From Octopus vulgaris (lineage: Eukaryota), in assembly GCA_951406725.2 (NCBI GenBank), contig OX597820.1:89342001-89406000 (forward strand): a DNA stretch of 64,000 nt, written 5' to 3'. Positions 50,690 through 63,457 of this stretch are shown in pieces; position 1 is the stretch's first letter; the number at the start of each line of letters is the position of its first letter. The notes under the pieces were generated by a model, which made no database searches, was not told the origin of the DNA, and was given only the letters and a program-made list of their open reading frames with translations. The position numbers were made by a program, and so were the translations under genes.

Positions 50690-50703
50690 CATCATCATTA
50701 TTA

Positions 50704-50782
<79 letters not shown>

Positions 50783-51769
50783 GTACTTTCGAGATCAATA
50801 AAATGAATATCAGTTAAGCACTGGAGACGAAATTGCTGACATTGTGCCAAAATTTGAAACCAATATTAATAACATATCTAAGGCTATAGAATATCTTGTA
50901 GCATTTTGTCCGGTCTTTTCTCGTTCTTAGCCCAAACCTCTGCCGATGTTATCTTTACCTTACATAATTTATTTGTGTGAATGACATGTCATAAAAACAC
51001 AGAAATAAGTAAAAGTGAAAACAGTTTTATTTCATCTGGAACTATAATTTAGTATAATATATTTTCTTTCATTTATTTAATTCTTAAAATAACTTGATAA
51101 ATGTGTAGATACCTTAGTGACTGAAGTGTGACAGCAAACATGAAGTTACCAATAAATCTAAAAATTTTACAACAAAACAAACTATTTCTTCTTGATCCAC
51201 AACATTGATTCGTAAGTATGAATATTTCCTGTAAATGCTTACAATAGTTTCTTGTTCAGGTCGTGTATCAAATAGACAACTCTCTGTTCTGCAGTGTTCG
51301 TGCTCATTGTCATTGTTATATGCTTTTAATATGTAACTATTATACGATTGTTCTTTCAGATTTGCTGCTTCGAGATTACAGACTCCAGTGTAGTTAATTT
51401 GGGAGAAACCATATATACTCTTGTGCTAATGCTAAATTATAGATTTCATCTGTGTAGCCTCCTTTTTGTTCCAAGCTACATCTATTGAGTAAGTTGCTTC
51501 AAATCAATATCTGAAGCAAAGCTGAAGTTGGTTGAATGGTTTCCAACGTCTTAAAAGCATGATGAAAATAACTTTAAAGCTCTTGGCTGCTTGAAACAGA
51601 AGCCTCTGATTATGTTGCATTCTACTGAGCATCATTCTCCAGCAATCCAAATATAATGTATGCTTCTCAGGTGATTGCAAAATTTTTGCCAGTGATTAAT
51701 CGAAGATTCTTTAAATGAGCTTCTTCTTCTCTGGGCTTTATAGAAAAAAGTCGTAGACAGAAGCATTCC

Positions 51770-51935
51770 ACCCACTTCACAGAATTGATCAAGGATACTC
51801 CCATTGAATCCAACCAGATGTTGAGTCTAGATATGAGAAGCCTGTTCACCAAAGTCCCAACTAACGGTGATACAAGAAAAACTAGTGACAGATAACCATC
51901 TAAAAGAATGCACTAGTATACCAATAAGAAACTTC
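51770..51935 (+). pseudogene. Penelope-type RT fragment
   Basis: LIKDTPIESNQMLSLDMRSLFTKVPT matches the SxDVxSLFTxVP motif. Confidence 0.7.
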
Positions 51936-51944
51936 TTCGATCTT

Positions 51945-52838
51945 CCTTGACGTAATCGTTGCAGTGTGGGGTTTTGCATTGTCCTAATGAAATATTGCTT
52001 CCTTTCGATTCCCCTTTTTTTTCTTATTCAAAGCAGCTTTCAAACGCTCTACTTGCTGACAGCAGATTTAAGTATTGATTGTTGCATTAGTTGGTAGCAA
52101 GTAAAAATGGAAGGCTCCTCAGAAATCTCCCCCAAAATAGAGAAGAACCTTCCTCTCATGGAGTTCTCTTTTCGGTTGTGGTTGGGCCTTTTCCCCTTCA
52201 CCAAGCCAATATCTACATTTTGATAAGAGAGACATTTGTCATCGCCGGTCACCAGTATATCCAAAAAGAACGAGAGGAGTTCACGAGGAGGAAAAGGATA
52301 GCAGATGTCCACTCGGGATTTGCAGTTGGCGTCAAACATATCATGAGGCACCCATTTCCTGAGTTTTAGGACCTTTCCAAGCTGTTGAAGATGGCAGTGA
52401 ACAGTTGTATGGCTTGAACGAAGCTTGCTTGTCAATTCCTCAACTGAAACTGCGTGATCTTTTCCAAGTTTTGCCAAAAGGAGATTGTCATCAAACTCAA
52501 TTGGACGCCCTGTTCAGGCCTCATCTTCGAGGTTAAAATCTTCACTTCTGAATTTTACAAACCATCTTCTGCAAGTTCTTTCATTCATGTACATTTCTAA
52601 ATAAGCTGAGTGAATATTCGAGTATTATGTGCCGCAAATGCTCCTTAGAAACTTTCCTGTTTGAAGAGCTATAAATTAGAGAAATTTCAATTAGATCATC
52701 ATGCAAAATGAAATTTAATTAGTTTAAATACGTCTAAATACATATAAATATTACTTCATGCGATTATACATTCTAAAATACTGTTAAAGCGTTTACAAAT
52801 TGAAAATATAAAAGTACGGACATTATGTAAGGGATGAC

Positions 52839-52844
<6 letters not shown>
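51945..52844 (-). mobile_element. Mariner transposon, 3'-truncated, with 5' TIR and transposase pseudogene
   Basis: TIR TATCAGGTCATCCC next to (TA)n; KWVPHDM, LVTGDDK and FH*DNAKPH motifs. Confidence 0.88.
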
Positions 52845-52914
<70 letters not shown>

Positions 52915-52916
<2 letters not shown>

Positions 52917-53106
52917 GGAGTAAACACATAAATGTGAAACAAGGTGGAAAAAAGAGTACTCAAATACCAGTGGTAGAGTAATATGCTTTATTTAAAGCAG
53001 CAGAAAATTCAACAAAACCTGTTACTCTGAGTTTCCCGTTGCCGTTCATCGGACAGTTTTTGCAGAGTAACAGGTTTTGTTGAATTTTCTGCTGCTTTAA
53101 ATAAAG
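52915..53106 (-). mobile_element. Second fold-back HHR cassette in (TA)n
   Basis: Near-identical to 14547-14778, inverted. Motif CTGT-CCGATGA-ACGGCAACGG-GAAA-CTCAGAG-TA-ACAG at 53019-53056; shorter inverted arm. Confidence 0.85.
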
Positions 53107-53192
53107 TATATATATATATATATATATATACATACACATATAATTAAAATATACAGCAGTTTGCAATGTATACCAAAACGGAAAACTATAGT

Positions 53193-53449
53193 TGTCACTA
53201 AATGCAACTAGGGTGTTAGAAACTCCTACATTGTTACAAATAAGAGCTTAAGTGCTCTAATGCTGTAGTCAAAGCACATAATTGTATACATATATACAGA
53301 CAGAGAATTCTCGAACGGTATTTTCAGAAGATTATAGACTCTGTCTGTATATATATGCATGCAATTATGTGCGTTGACTACAGCAATAGACCATTTTAGG
53401 TCTTATTTCTAAGAATGTATTTCTAACACCCTAGTCGCATTTAGTGACA
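53193..53449. repeat. Long imperfect palindrome (MITE/fold-back-like)
   Basis: Arms 53193-53305 and 53339-53449, e.g. TGTCACTAAATGCAACTAGGGTGTTAGAAA versus TTTCTAACACCCTAGTCGCATTTAGTGACA. Confidence 0.85.
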
Positions 53450-53821
53450 CACACACACACACATATATGTATATATATATATATGAATGAATATATACGC
53501 ATATATATATATATATTTATATAAGCACACACACACACACAAACACATATAGCTGAAGGATTAAAAGAAATGAAAGGTCATACTAAGTATGTCTATCTGC
53601 TGGGAATAACAGTTAAAACTCTCATTTAAATCGCCAAAATGCACTGATAATAACTACAGAAATCAACCGTCCGAAGACAAACAGGCTAAGACCATTTCCT
53701 CAGTTATCATCATTTTAAAATTATTATACTAGATAATAACAGAGTCAATGGTATCTTCGTAAATTATTTTTTCATGAATCATCTTTTTCTCGTGAACTAT
53801 TTGTTCCGTATTGAAATTATA

Positions 53822-54660
53822 CAGGGTGTTCCAGAAGTCTTGGGCACATTTCAAGTCCTCATATCTGTTGGACTATGATTGGTAGTAAGATGAAACTGGT
53901 CCCATTTTAAAGCTAAATTCATTAAGATGTTTTGTAATACTAATGATTTTTTTCATATTTTCTCAAATCCAGTAATGGCGTTCACTCAACTAGAAAAGGC
54001 GTTTTGCGTCCTTGACTTCGCAAAAACTGTATCATGTACACTTGTTCAACGTGCATTTCGCACAAAAAGAGGCACAAGAAACGACGTCCATATTGAGATG
54101 GCATGGTAAATTCATGGAGGATAGATGTTTGTGCCCAGCTAAGAGAATGGGATGCCCTCAACTTCAGATGATACGGTTGAGCGTGTTCGAACAGCCGTCG
54201 AGCAGAGCTCCCGTAAATCGATCAGACGAGCCAGTAGGGAACTTCAGCTTCCTACAACAACTGTTTGGCGTATCTTAAAAAACGACTGTATATGACACCT
54301 TACAAGCTACAGTTTGTCCAACAACGTGACTTTTGCATTGCAATGCAAGAGAAGTTGGAAGATGACGGATTTGATGACGGGCTTGTTTTTAGCGATGAAA
54401 GGACTGGTCTATGTGCCTCCACTTCCAAAAGACGTGGATGAATTGAAGGCCCGAATAACGAAAGCTGTTGCAGCCATCGACAATGCAATGCTGGAACACG
54501 TTTGGCAAGAATTGGACTATCGGCTTGAACATCTTTGAACATTTCGTAAAAAAAACTTGAAATTACAGGCTTTCAAAATATATCAGATGCGTTTTTATTT
54601 CCTTAATAGTTTTCGAGATATTCAATGACAAAATGTGTCCAAGACTTCTGGAACACCCTG
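53822..54660 (+). mobile_element. Internally deleted Tc1/mariner-superfamily transposon with intact ends (CAGGGTG-type TIR, rosa/DD41D-like)
   Basis: 30-bp TIRs with 1 mismatch and TA on both sides. MAFTQLEKAFCVL..., SIRRASRELQLPTTTVWRILKK, PYKLQ, and LVFSDE fused directly to KGLVYVPPLP..DELKARI. Confidence 0.92.
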
Positions 54661-54787
54661 TATATATAAAATCAATTTTCAAAAAAAAAAAAAAAACGCA
54701 GAGAAAAAGAAAAGGAAACAAACGAACGTGTGGACGTGGCACAAGCAACGTAGTGATAAGACACTCAGAGAAAGAAAAAAGTAGTAG

Positions 54788-54820
54788 CTTTACGTTTCGA
54801 GCATAGCTCTTCTTCGAAAA
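54788..54820 (-). ncRNA. Decayed minimal hammerhead motif within the repeat at 54690-55135
   Basis: TTT-TCGAAGA-A-GAGC TAT GCTC-GAAA-CG-TA-AAG. Confidence 0.5.
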
Positions 54821-55181
54821 CAGGAAAAACAGGAAAGTCCAACATGAAGGAAGGAAAAAAGTAGAAGGAATGAAATTTGAAGAAGGAATGAAAAGAAAGT
54901 GCTTTCTGAGACAGGAGAGTGTGAAAATGGTCAGTATGCGCGTGTATGATAGTGTGTGTGTGTGTATGGTAGTGTGTGTATCGTAGCGTGTGTATGTGTG
55001 GTAGCGTGTATGTGGCAGTAACTGCATGTGTGTGTTTTTGCGTGGTAGCGTGTGTGCGTGTGTGGTGTTTTGGTTTGTGTTTGTGTGCGTTGTCGTGTGT
55101 GTGTGTGTGTGAGCGTAGTAGGAACTGTGTGCATATGTGTTAAAATCGCTATATATATATATATACATATGTGTGTGTGTG

Positions 55182-55234
<53 letters not shown>

Positions 55235-56515
55235 GTGTGTATGTCCGTCCGTATGTTTCCTTCAGGATCCATTGTTTCTGTTTTTCAAGTGTCTATCTTG
55301 TACAGTTGGTGAATTCCTTATGTTTTAAGAACAGAAGCAGTCACTGGTTGGTATTCTTGTCTGCGAGAAACGAGAAAATAACCTCTACATGGTTCAACTA
55401 GAAATCTAATCGAAATTTTGTCAATAAATCACTACCTACCGTATCAAAGGAGATGGATAGTTCGGACTATGAAATTACTGATATGATAAAAAAAAAAAAC
55501 AAAGAAAAAAACAAAATAACAAAAAAAAAACAAATAACTAATACAAAAGCAAAAGCAGATCAGGATGATCACAAATGGAATATTTTAATCTAGGCCTGTT
55601 CAGACAGGGATAACTCTAGACTAAACAACAGCAACTGAAAGCCGATTTGATATCAGTTTTTAACAAAATGGTAGCATAATGCTAGACATTTTGTGGGTGG
55701 TGGATATAGTCGATTATATGATGCCAGTGCTGGAATGCTATTTTACCGACATCGGAGACATGTTTCCCTGAATGACGTTGTTAGCAAATGTTCAGGTCCT
55801 GGCTAAGGGCTGCAATTTTATTCTCAGCTGAAATAATTGTAGTATTTTTCAATATGAATGCAATGCAATATTGATATTTTGTCACTGATAAATCCGACCT
55901 CATCAAGGTTTATACATAAAACATAAGAGTTGTAACCAAACACCTCATAGCATTTTGTTCAGTTCTCTCAGAAGGCTTTGGTCAGCGTTGGAGGCAAGTC
56001 TAAAAGTCACTTGCTCAACCGCAAACACATTGTTGCGAAGTGAAATTCTTAGCTACACAGGAATACATAATAGACTACACAGTGTGTTCTTCCGATTAGT
56101 ACTGGGGAGAAGCAGGTTCGCTCTATACTCTCCGCACTAGAACACTCTAACGTTATTAGAGATATGATGCTAAGATAAATTTATACCACAATATCAAATA
56201 TTTCATCCATTGTGTTTATGATATATCAGATGTACACACAAAGATTAGTCAGTTTATAACCTCTTACTGCACACAGGTGTCTTTGTGTGTGTGTGTGAGC
56301 GAGTGTGTGAGAGAGAGTGTGTGTGTGTATGTGACTTGGGAAGTAAAGGTTACATATCGAACAAGAGTAAATCATATTCTAAAATTTACTGCATTTCTCC
56401 TAAGCGATTTCATTATATTTACTTTTTGTGGGGGAATGGGGGTGTGATGCTATAGATCAATGATCATTCCAGAGCTGTTCTTCTTTCTCTCCTTCTCCAT
56501 TCCCTCTCTCTCTTC

Positions 56516-56574
<59 letters not shown>

Positions 56575-56636
56575 CATACATATACATACATATACAAACA
56601 TATATATATATATATATATATATGTACATACATACA

Positions 56637-56672
<36 letters not shown>

Positions 56673-57435
56673 TATAAATATAAATGTATGTATGTATTTA
56701 GTGTATGTAGGCATGCATGTATAAATTTATCAGAGTGCGTGCGTTTGAACTGCTACAGTATTCAAAACTCACAACATGAACCATTTTATAGACATAGTGA
56801 AGGTACATATTTCACTCTATTGCGAGTGAGTGAAATTGTCTAATTACTACTAACATAACTATCAAAGCAAACATACCGAACATATATTATAAAAAAATAA
56901 AAAGTAAATACAGAATGCCTTTTTTTTGGGATAATAAAAATGCGTTTCATACTTACCCTGAAATTGAATATTTTTGAGAAAAAAAAAAATAAAAATCTGC
57001 TCTTCGTGTCTTGAATCATCAAAACTCATAATTTAATTTCAAATAATAAATATAACAAATAAAATAAATAAATGCATAAATAAATAAAGCTCATATTGAG
57101 AGCTTTGAAATCTGAAGCAGTTTTAACGCAATCATCCCCACTGATAATATATAAAAAGAAATGTTAATATAAATCATTTCAACTGCGCTAAAGTAAAAAA
57201 GGTAAAAAAAAAAGAAGAAAAAAAAAGAAAGGAAAAGAAATTGAACTTTAATGTTCAATTTGAGAAAATAACAAAAAAAAAAAAAAATCTCGCATTCGCA
57301 AGAACTGTGAAGAAAAGTGGATACAAATTGAAACTGGTGAGTTAGAAAAAGGAAACATTTCTTCTTACAATTTTATTTCTAATCTGTTTTCCCTTTTTTT
57401 TTTCTGTGCATAACCAAGCGTTATTCAGGCAATGA

Positions 57436-58310
57436 GAAGGCGGCGAGCTGGCAGAATCGTTAGCACGCCGGGCGAAATGAGTAGCCGTATTTCGTCTGCC
57501 GTTACGTTCTGAGTTCAAATTCCGCCGAGACCGACTTTGCCTTTCATCCTTTCGGGGTCGATTAAATAAGTACCAGTTACGCACTGGTATCGATATAATC
57601 GACTTAATTCGCTTGTCTGTCCTTGGTTGTCTTCCCTGTGTTTAGCCCCTTGTAGTCAGTAAAGAAATAGGTATTTCATCTGCCGTCACGTTCTGAGTTC
57701 GAATTCCGCCGAGACCGACTTTGCCTTTCATCCTTTCGGGGTCGATTAAATAAGTACCAATTACGCACTGGGGTCGATATAATCGACTTTATCCGTTTGT
57801 GTATCCTTGGTTGTCTTCCCTGTGTTTAGCCCCTTGTGGGTAGTAAAGAAATAGGTATTTCGTTCTGAGCTCAAATCCCGCTGAGGTCGATTTTGAGTCT
57901 TATCTTTTCGGGTTCGATAAAATAAGTATCAGCTAAGCAGTGGGGGTCGATGTAATCGGCTATTTCCTTCATCCAAAATTACAGGTTTTGTGCCTATAGC
58001 AGAAAAGATTATTAAAGGCGGAGAACTTGCAGGAATCGCTGACACCATGGACAAAATGCTTAGCTGTATTTCGTCCGTCAAATGTTCTGAGTCCAAATTA
58101 CATTGAAGTCGACGTTGCTTTTCATTCATTCGGGGTTGATAAAATAAATACCAGGTGAATACTGGGGTCGATGTAATTGCGCCCTACCCACCGAATTTCA
58201 GGCCTTATGCCTAGAGTAGAAAGGATTATTAACGATAAGTCGATCAAGCAATCGACTTACAACTTCCCCACCCATATTGTTGGCATCGTGCCAAAATTTG
58301 AAACCAATAT
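57436..58310 (+). mobile_element. Head-to-tail array of four to five SINE family C copies
   Basis: Full head GAAGGCGGCGAGCTGGCAGAATCG at 57436; two AAAGAAATA|GGTATTTC junctions (about 57670 and 57853); new head at about 58015. Confidence 0.88.
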
Positions 58311-58464
58311 TGTTATAAATACTCGCACATACACGCATATGTGTGTGTGTGTGTGTGTGTGTTTATGGATTTATCTCTACATATGTAAATATATATGTAT
58401 ATGTATATATATTAATCTATATATTTATATATATATTCATGTACTTACACACACACATATATAC

Positions 58465-58590
<126 letters not shown>

Positions 58591-58601
58591 CATATATATG
58601 T

Positions 58602-58950
58602 GGAGGCGCAATGGCCCAGTGGTTAGGGCAGCGGACTCGCGGTCATAGGATCGCGGTTTCGATTCCCAGACCTAAAGTTCCACGAGGCTCCGGCAGGGGA
58701 TGGTGGTGATCCCTGCTGTACTCTTTCACCACAACTTTCTCTCACTCTTACCTCCTGTTTCTGTTGTACCTGTATTTCAAAGGGCCGGCCTTGTCACTCT
58801 CTGTGTCACACTGAATATCCTCGAGAACTACGTTAAGGGTACACGTGTCTGTGGAGTGCTCAGCCACTTACACGTTAATTTCACGAGCAGGCTGTTCCGT
58901 TGATTCGGATCAACCGGAACCCTCATCGTCGTAACCGACGGAGTGCTTCC
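58602..58950 (+). mobile_element. tRNA-derived SINE family D in (TA)n
   Basis: GGAGGCGCAATGGCCCAGTGGTTAGGGCAGCGG (A box) and GGTTTCGATTCCC (B box), then a GC-rich body. Single copy in this window. Confidence 0.75.
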
Positions 58951-58971
58951 ATTCCCACATATATATATTAC

Positions 58972-59003
<32 letters not shown>

Positions 59004-59339
59004 TACATATATATATATATATGTATCTATATACATATATATATATATATATATATTATATGTATCTATATACATATATATATATATATATATTATATAC
59101 ACACACGCACATATATATACAGACACACGTACATATGCACGCGAGAACGACACCTAAATATATGTTGCACAGTATATCTATTTACATGAAGCCGGCTTTA
59201 GATGGATGGTTTGGAAAACTACCTAAATTATTTCTAAGGCCTCGGAAAACAAAATCAGGAAAAGATTTAGAGATTCTAAACACATATATTTTTCCAAAGA
59301 TAAGACGAAATAAAAAAATAATGCAATTCTACGTATTCT

Positions 59340-59800
59340 AGAATTTCTTCCAAATAACATAATAAACAATCAAAATAATGACAAAAATTTTGTACGTACA
59401 GGAGCTAAGTAGCATAAACACTAGCTTCCTAGCAGAATATAGATGAAACGCGAATGTTTAGGTATAAGGAAATGTTATATAACCCTGAAGGACCATAAAT
59501 AAAATTTCCCAACAGACCTACATGTAGAACTATAAAAGCCAGTAAAAACGCGAACTGTTTATAGTACGTGATAAATATCCAAGTGAATTAATCTTAAATA
59601 TTAAACAAGCCGCAGAGTTATTCTATGGAATATCAATACTTCGCTAATCAAGTAGTTCAACAACACAGTTAATAAAAGTAATTACAACTTCACCTAATTC
59701 GACATTGTAGAATTTTATTCATTCATTACAAAACTACTTGTTCAGAGAAGCCCTAAAATTAGGTGGGGGATATGTCAACAATTGCGAGCTGGACACTGAT
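59340..59800 (+). pseudogene. Penelope-like (Naiad-like) RT fragment
   Basis: KCYITLKDHK*NFP..PTCRTIKASK and FT*FDIVEFYSFIT, paralogous to 10600-10870. Confidence 0.75.
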
Positions 59801-59804
59801 TATC

Positions 59805-60018
59805 ATAACGTTTCAAATTTTCACACAAGGCCAGTAATTTTAGAGGGAGGATGTTAGTCGATTACATCGACTCTAGTGATCAACTGGTACACATTTTATT
59901 GACTTCATAAAGATGAAAGGTAAAGTCGACTTCGTTGAAATTTGATTTCAGAACGTAAAACAAAAAGAAATGCTACCAAGACTTTGGCGCGCTAACGATT
60001 CTGTTAGTTCGCCACCTT
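59805..60018 (-). mobile_element. SINE family C (variant tail), diverged
   Basis: GTCGATTACATCGAC...AAAGTCGACTTCG...GCTAACGATTCTG..TCGCCACCTT. Confidence 0.78.
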
Positions 60019-60024
60019 ATCATA

Positions 60025-61185
60025 ATGCATGCGAAGAAGTCTTCCAGGTGAATTAATTCCTACACTTTTTTCAGAACTGACAATTTATTCATTCAAGGAA
60101 TTTTAGAGACCGAAACAGGTAGAAATCTTAGGGCACCATGTTGGGAGAATATGGAGGGTGAGGCAAAACTTTCCAGCCAAGCCACAGTAATGTCTGTCGT
60201 GTTTGCAAAGAAGAGTGCAGTCTGGAATTGTCGTGATGAAGACAACACCCTTATAATTAGCTAGCACTGGACACTTCTGGTGGATCACTGCTTTTAATTT
60301 GTCCAGTTTAGCACAGTACACACCCAAATTGATAGAACTGTTCGGGGGATGGAGCTCGCAAAAGGTAACACACTTTCAGTCCTACCACCTTGAAAATATT
60401 ACCTCGTTTGTGTGAAGTCCTATTTTTGGAGATTATTTATGGTGGTTCACCGCGCTTCCCTCACGATCGTTTGTAATTCACATTGTCATAGACGATCCAT
60501 TTTTGTCTCCTTTTGACCATTCTCTTGGAAAAAAGAAGATCGTTTTCTTTCATCATGTATCTATAGCGAATCGCAGATGAACATTCGTTGGAGCATATCT
60601 TCCCCATTGAATTGATGAGGGACGCAAACATAGAGCTTACTGATGTAACAAAGTTGATGCCGATGGTTTTCAACACTCGATTTGGATATTTGGAGAATAT
60701 CTATAATCACCTTCGTCATATAACACAGGTTGATCTTGGTCAACCTCTCCACTTTGTCGCTGTTAATCGGAGGTGGCTGGCCAAAGGGAAGTGCATCTTG
60801 AACGGGAAAATTTACAGATCAAAATCTTGAAAAACCACTTCCTGAACACTTTCTGAAACAGCACCCTCTCTGTTCATAGTAAATATCTGTCTGTAAGTTT
60901 CCGATTCTTTCTTACCGTTTTAAGAATAAAAAAGCATGACTTGTCGATAATGTCCATTTTGGTTTTCCATTTCCAGGGTGACCTCAAGCACACAAAATCT
61001 TGTCACAAGTTCGTGCCGAACTTTTAGTGTGTCAGGTATCGAATAGTTTGTCAGGTATCGAATAGTTTGTCGGGTATCGAATAGTTTGTCAGTTATTGAA
61101 TGAGTTCGTCAGGTATTGAACGAGTTGTTCAGGTATCGAACACAAATGAAAAAAAAAGTGAACGAAACTTTGTTGGAAATCAATT
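60025..61185 (-). mobile_element. Mariner transposon remnant
   Basis: KWIVYDNV, YCAKLDKLKAVI, KGVVF..DNS, LPHPPYSPN..DFYLFRSL; TIR-like ATTGATTTCCAACAAAGTTTCGTTC at the right end. Confidence 0.85.
61031..61141. repeat. 19-20-bp minisatellite, about six copies
   Basis: GTCAGGTATCGAATAGTTT-type units at 61031, 61050, 61069, 61088, 61108 and 61128. Confidence 0.92.
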
Positions 61186-62200
61186 CTCAGAAAATATGTA
61201 AATATATTAAATCTATCATATGTAAGTCTTACTCATATAACAAACACGCATACAAGACGGATTTGAAAGATATGTGATATATAACCTCATAGCAATTGAA
61301 AAATGAGGAATGTAGTATATCGTTAAGGTATCAAAAAGAATTGCGTTGATACCTGCTGTATCTTATACATAATAGACATTAAGGTGTAAAGGTGAAAATG
61401 TCGGCAAGTATTGGAACTTCTATATCGAAAATGAACCTGTATTTTTATTTTACTAAAATGCTCTAGATGGATGTGATAGTTGAGTCAATAGACTCAGTTC
61501 GCATATCATACAGAATAATTCGTAGTTGTCCATGATTCTGTATCTTACAATAAAGCTGAAATATCCTAACAGGAGACAACAGATAAACTTCGACCAACGA
61601 TGTTCTTAAGTATAAAAAAAGGATCATAGTATAAAGTTCTGAAATGACTAAACATAATAGAAGATGAGCGCATTATTCTCCGTATATTAAGTTCTTCTTG
61701 ACATAATAAGCGTGTTGTTCGATTCGTAAAGTCATTCGTTTTCCAGGAGTGTATAGTAGCCAATAATCTGGATCGCAACCAAGAAGTAGCGCACAAACAA
61801 TTTTAAGTAACTTTTCTTGTTTGGTAAATTTAATCAGCAAAGATAGTAACAATCAATATCGAACTGAGTCACTTTTTTTTAAAATAAAGCAAACGAAGAA
61901 GCCACCATGCCACTTTTCGAATTGCTAGAAGCAGCAGCAAAATTCTCTGTAAAATGACATCCGTCTGTTATAAAATGGATGGGCACATTAGATGAAGTGT
62001 CTTAGATTTAGTATATATGGAAAACAAAGGAGATGGGTTTTGTTGCAATAATTTTGATCATGGGTTAGCTCATTCAAAACTCACCAAATTTAAAGAATTA
62101 TCATAACGCTTGTCAAACGTTCGAAAGTATGAGAGATATATAACAGTATAGAAAAAAGTGTTAGGTATCTGTAAGGAATCACAAACCACTCTCTCTCTCA

Positions 62201-62402
62201 TTTACTCTTTTACTTGTTTCAGTCATTTGACTGCTGCCATGCTGGAGCACCGCCTTTAATCGAGCAACTCGACCCCGGCACTTATTCTTTGTAAGCCTAG
62301 TACTTATTCTATCGGTCTGTTTTGCCGAACCGCTAAGTGACGGGGACATAAACACACCAACATTGGTTGTCAAGCAATGCTAGGGGGACAAACACAGACA
62401 CA

Positions 62403-62490
<88 letters not shown>

Positions 62491-62655
62491 TACGACAGGC
62501 TTCTTTCAGTTTCCGTCTACCAAATCCACTCACAAGGCTTTGGTCGGCCCGAGGCTATAGTAGAAGAGACTTGCCCAAGGTGCCACGCATTGGGTCTGAA
62601 CCCAGAACCATGTGGTTGGTAAACAAGCTACTTACTACACAACCACTCCTGCGCC
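62201..62655 (-). mobile_element. SINE family B, full length, little diverged
   Basis: Reverse complement of 2399-2805 with a longer internal (TA)n(TG)n. Confidence 0.92.
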
Positions 62656-62759
62656 ACTAGTTGAAATTAAGAGCAATTGTAGCAGTTACAGGAAAATCAC
62701 ACATTTTGGACTTCTTCAAATGTGTCAGTGAATGCTATGGTGTAATTGCGCGTTTTACT

Positions 62760-63140
62760 GCCAATGAAATCGGTAGTGATGATGAAAACTATCGGGTCGG
62801 TGAACATTGTGATGCATGTAGTGGCGTTGATAAAGCTTGGAATGTCAATGAAAATGGTGGTGTCAGTTAAGGCTCTACTGTGATGAAAGGTGTTTTGTCG
62901 ATGTAGTTTTTAGTGTGAATAACAGTTGTGGTATCAGCGAAGTGAATGGTGTCGATGGAGGTTCTGGTGTCAGTTAAGACTGTGGTGTCAATGATGGCTG
63001 TATTGTTTATTACGGGTGCTTTGTCAATGAAGACTGCGGTGTCAATGAAGATAGTGGTGATAATGAAAGTTGGTGTGTTAATGAAGTGTCTATGGCGACA
63101 GTGAAGGCTGTGCTGTTAATAAAGTCTGAGATGTCAATGA
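62760..63140. repeat. Degenerate 18-bp minisatellite (TGTGGTGTCAATGAAGAC-like)
   Basis: Recurrent GTGTCAATGAAGA / GGTGTCAGTTAAG with a period of about 18. Confidence 0.7.
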
Positions 63141-63226
63141 AACAATCTCTCTTAGATAATCCCTTATTGTCTTAAAAAAGAATGACACATTGAGTGATGC
63201 CATTCAGATATACTTGTTACGGTTGG

Positions 63227-63457
63227 AAGGCGGCGAGCTGGCAGAAACGTTAGCGCGCCGGGCGAAATGCTTAGCGGTATTTCGTCTGTCGTTACGTTCT
63301 GAGTTCAAATTCCGCCGAGGTCGACTTTGCCTTTCATCCTCTCGGAGTCGATAAATAAAGTACCAGTTTCGCACTGGGTCGATGTAATCGACTTAATCCG
63401 TTTGTCTGTCCTTGTCTGTCCCCTCTATGTTTAGTCCCTTGTGGGTAGTAAAGAAAT
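63227..63457 (+). mobile_element. SINE family C, full length with target-site duplication
   Basis: Flanked by ATACTTG(T/C)TACGGTTGGAA at 63210-63228 and 63460-63478. Confidence 0.93.

Noticed and set aside
61031-61141. CRISPR-like array (also considered for 17428-17531)
   Set aside because: No unique spacers, eukaryotic context, and no cas genes.
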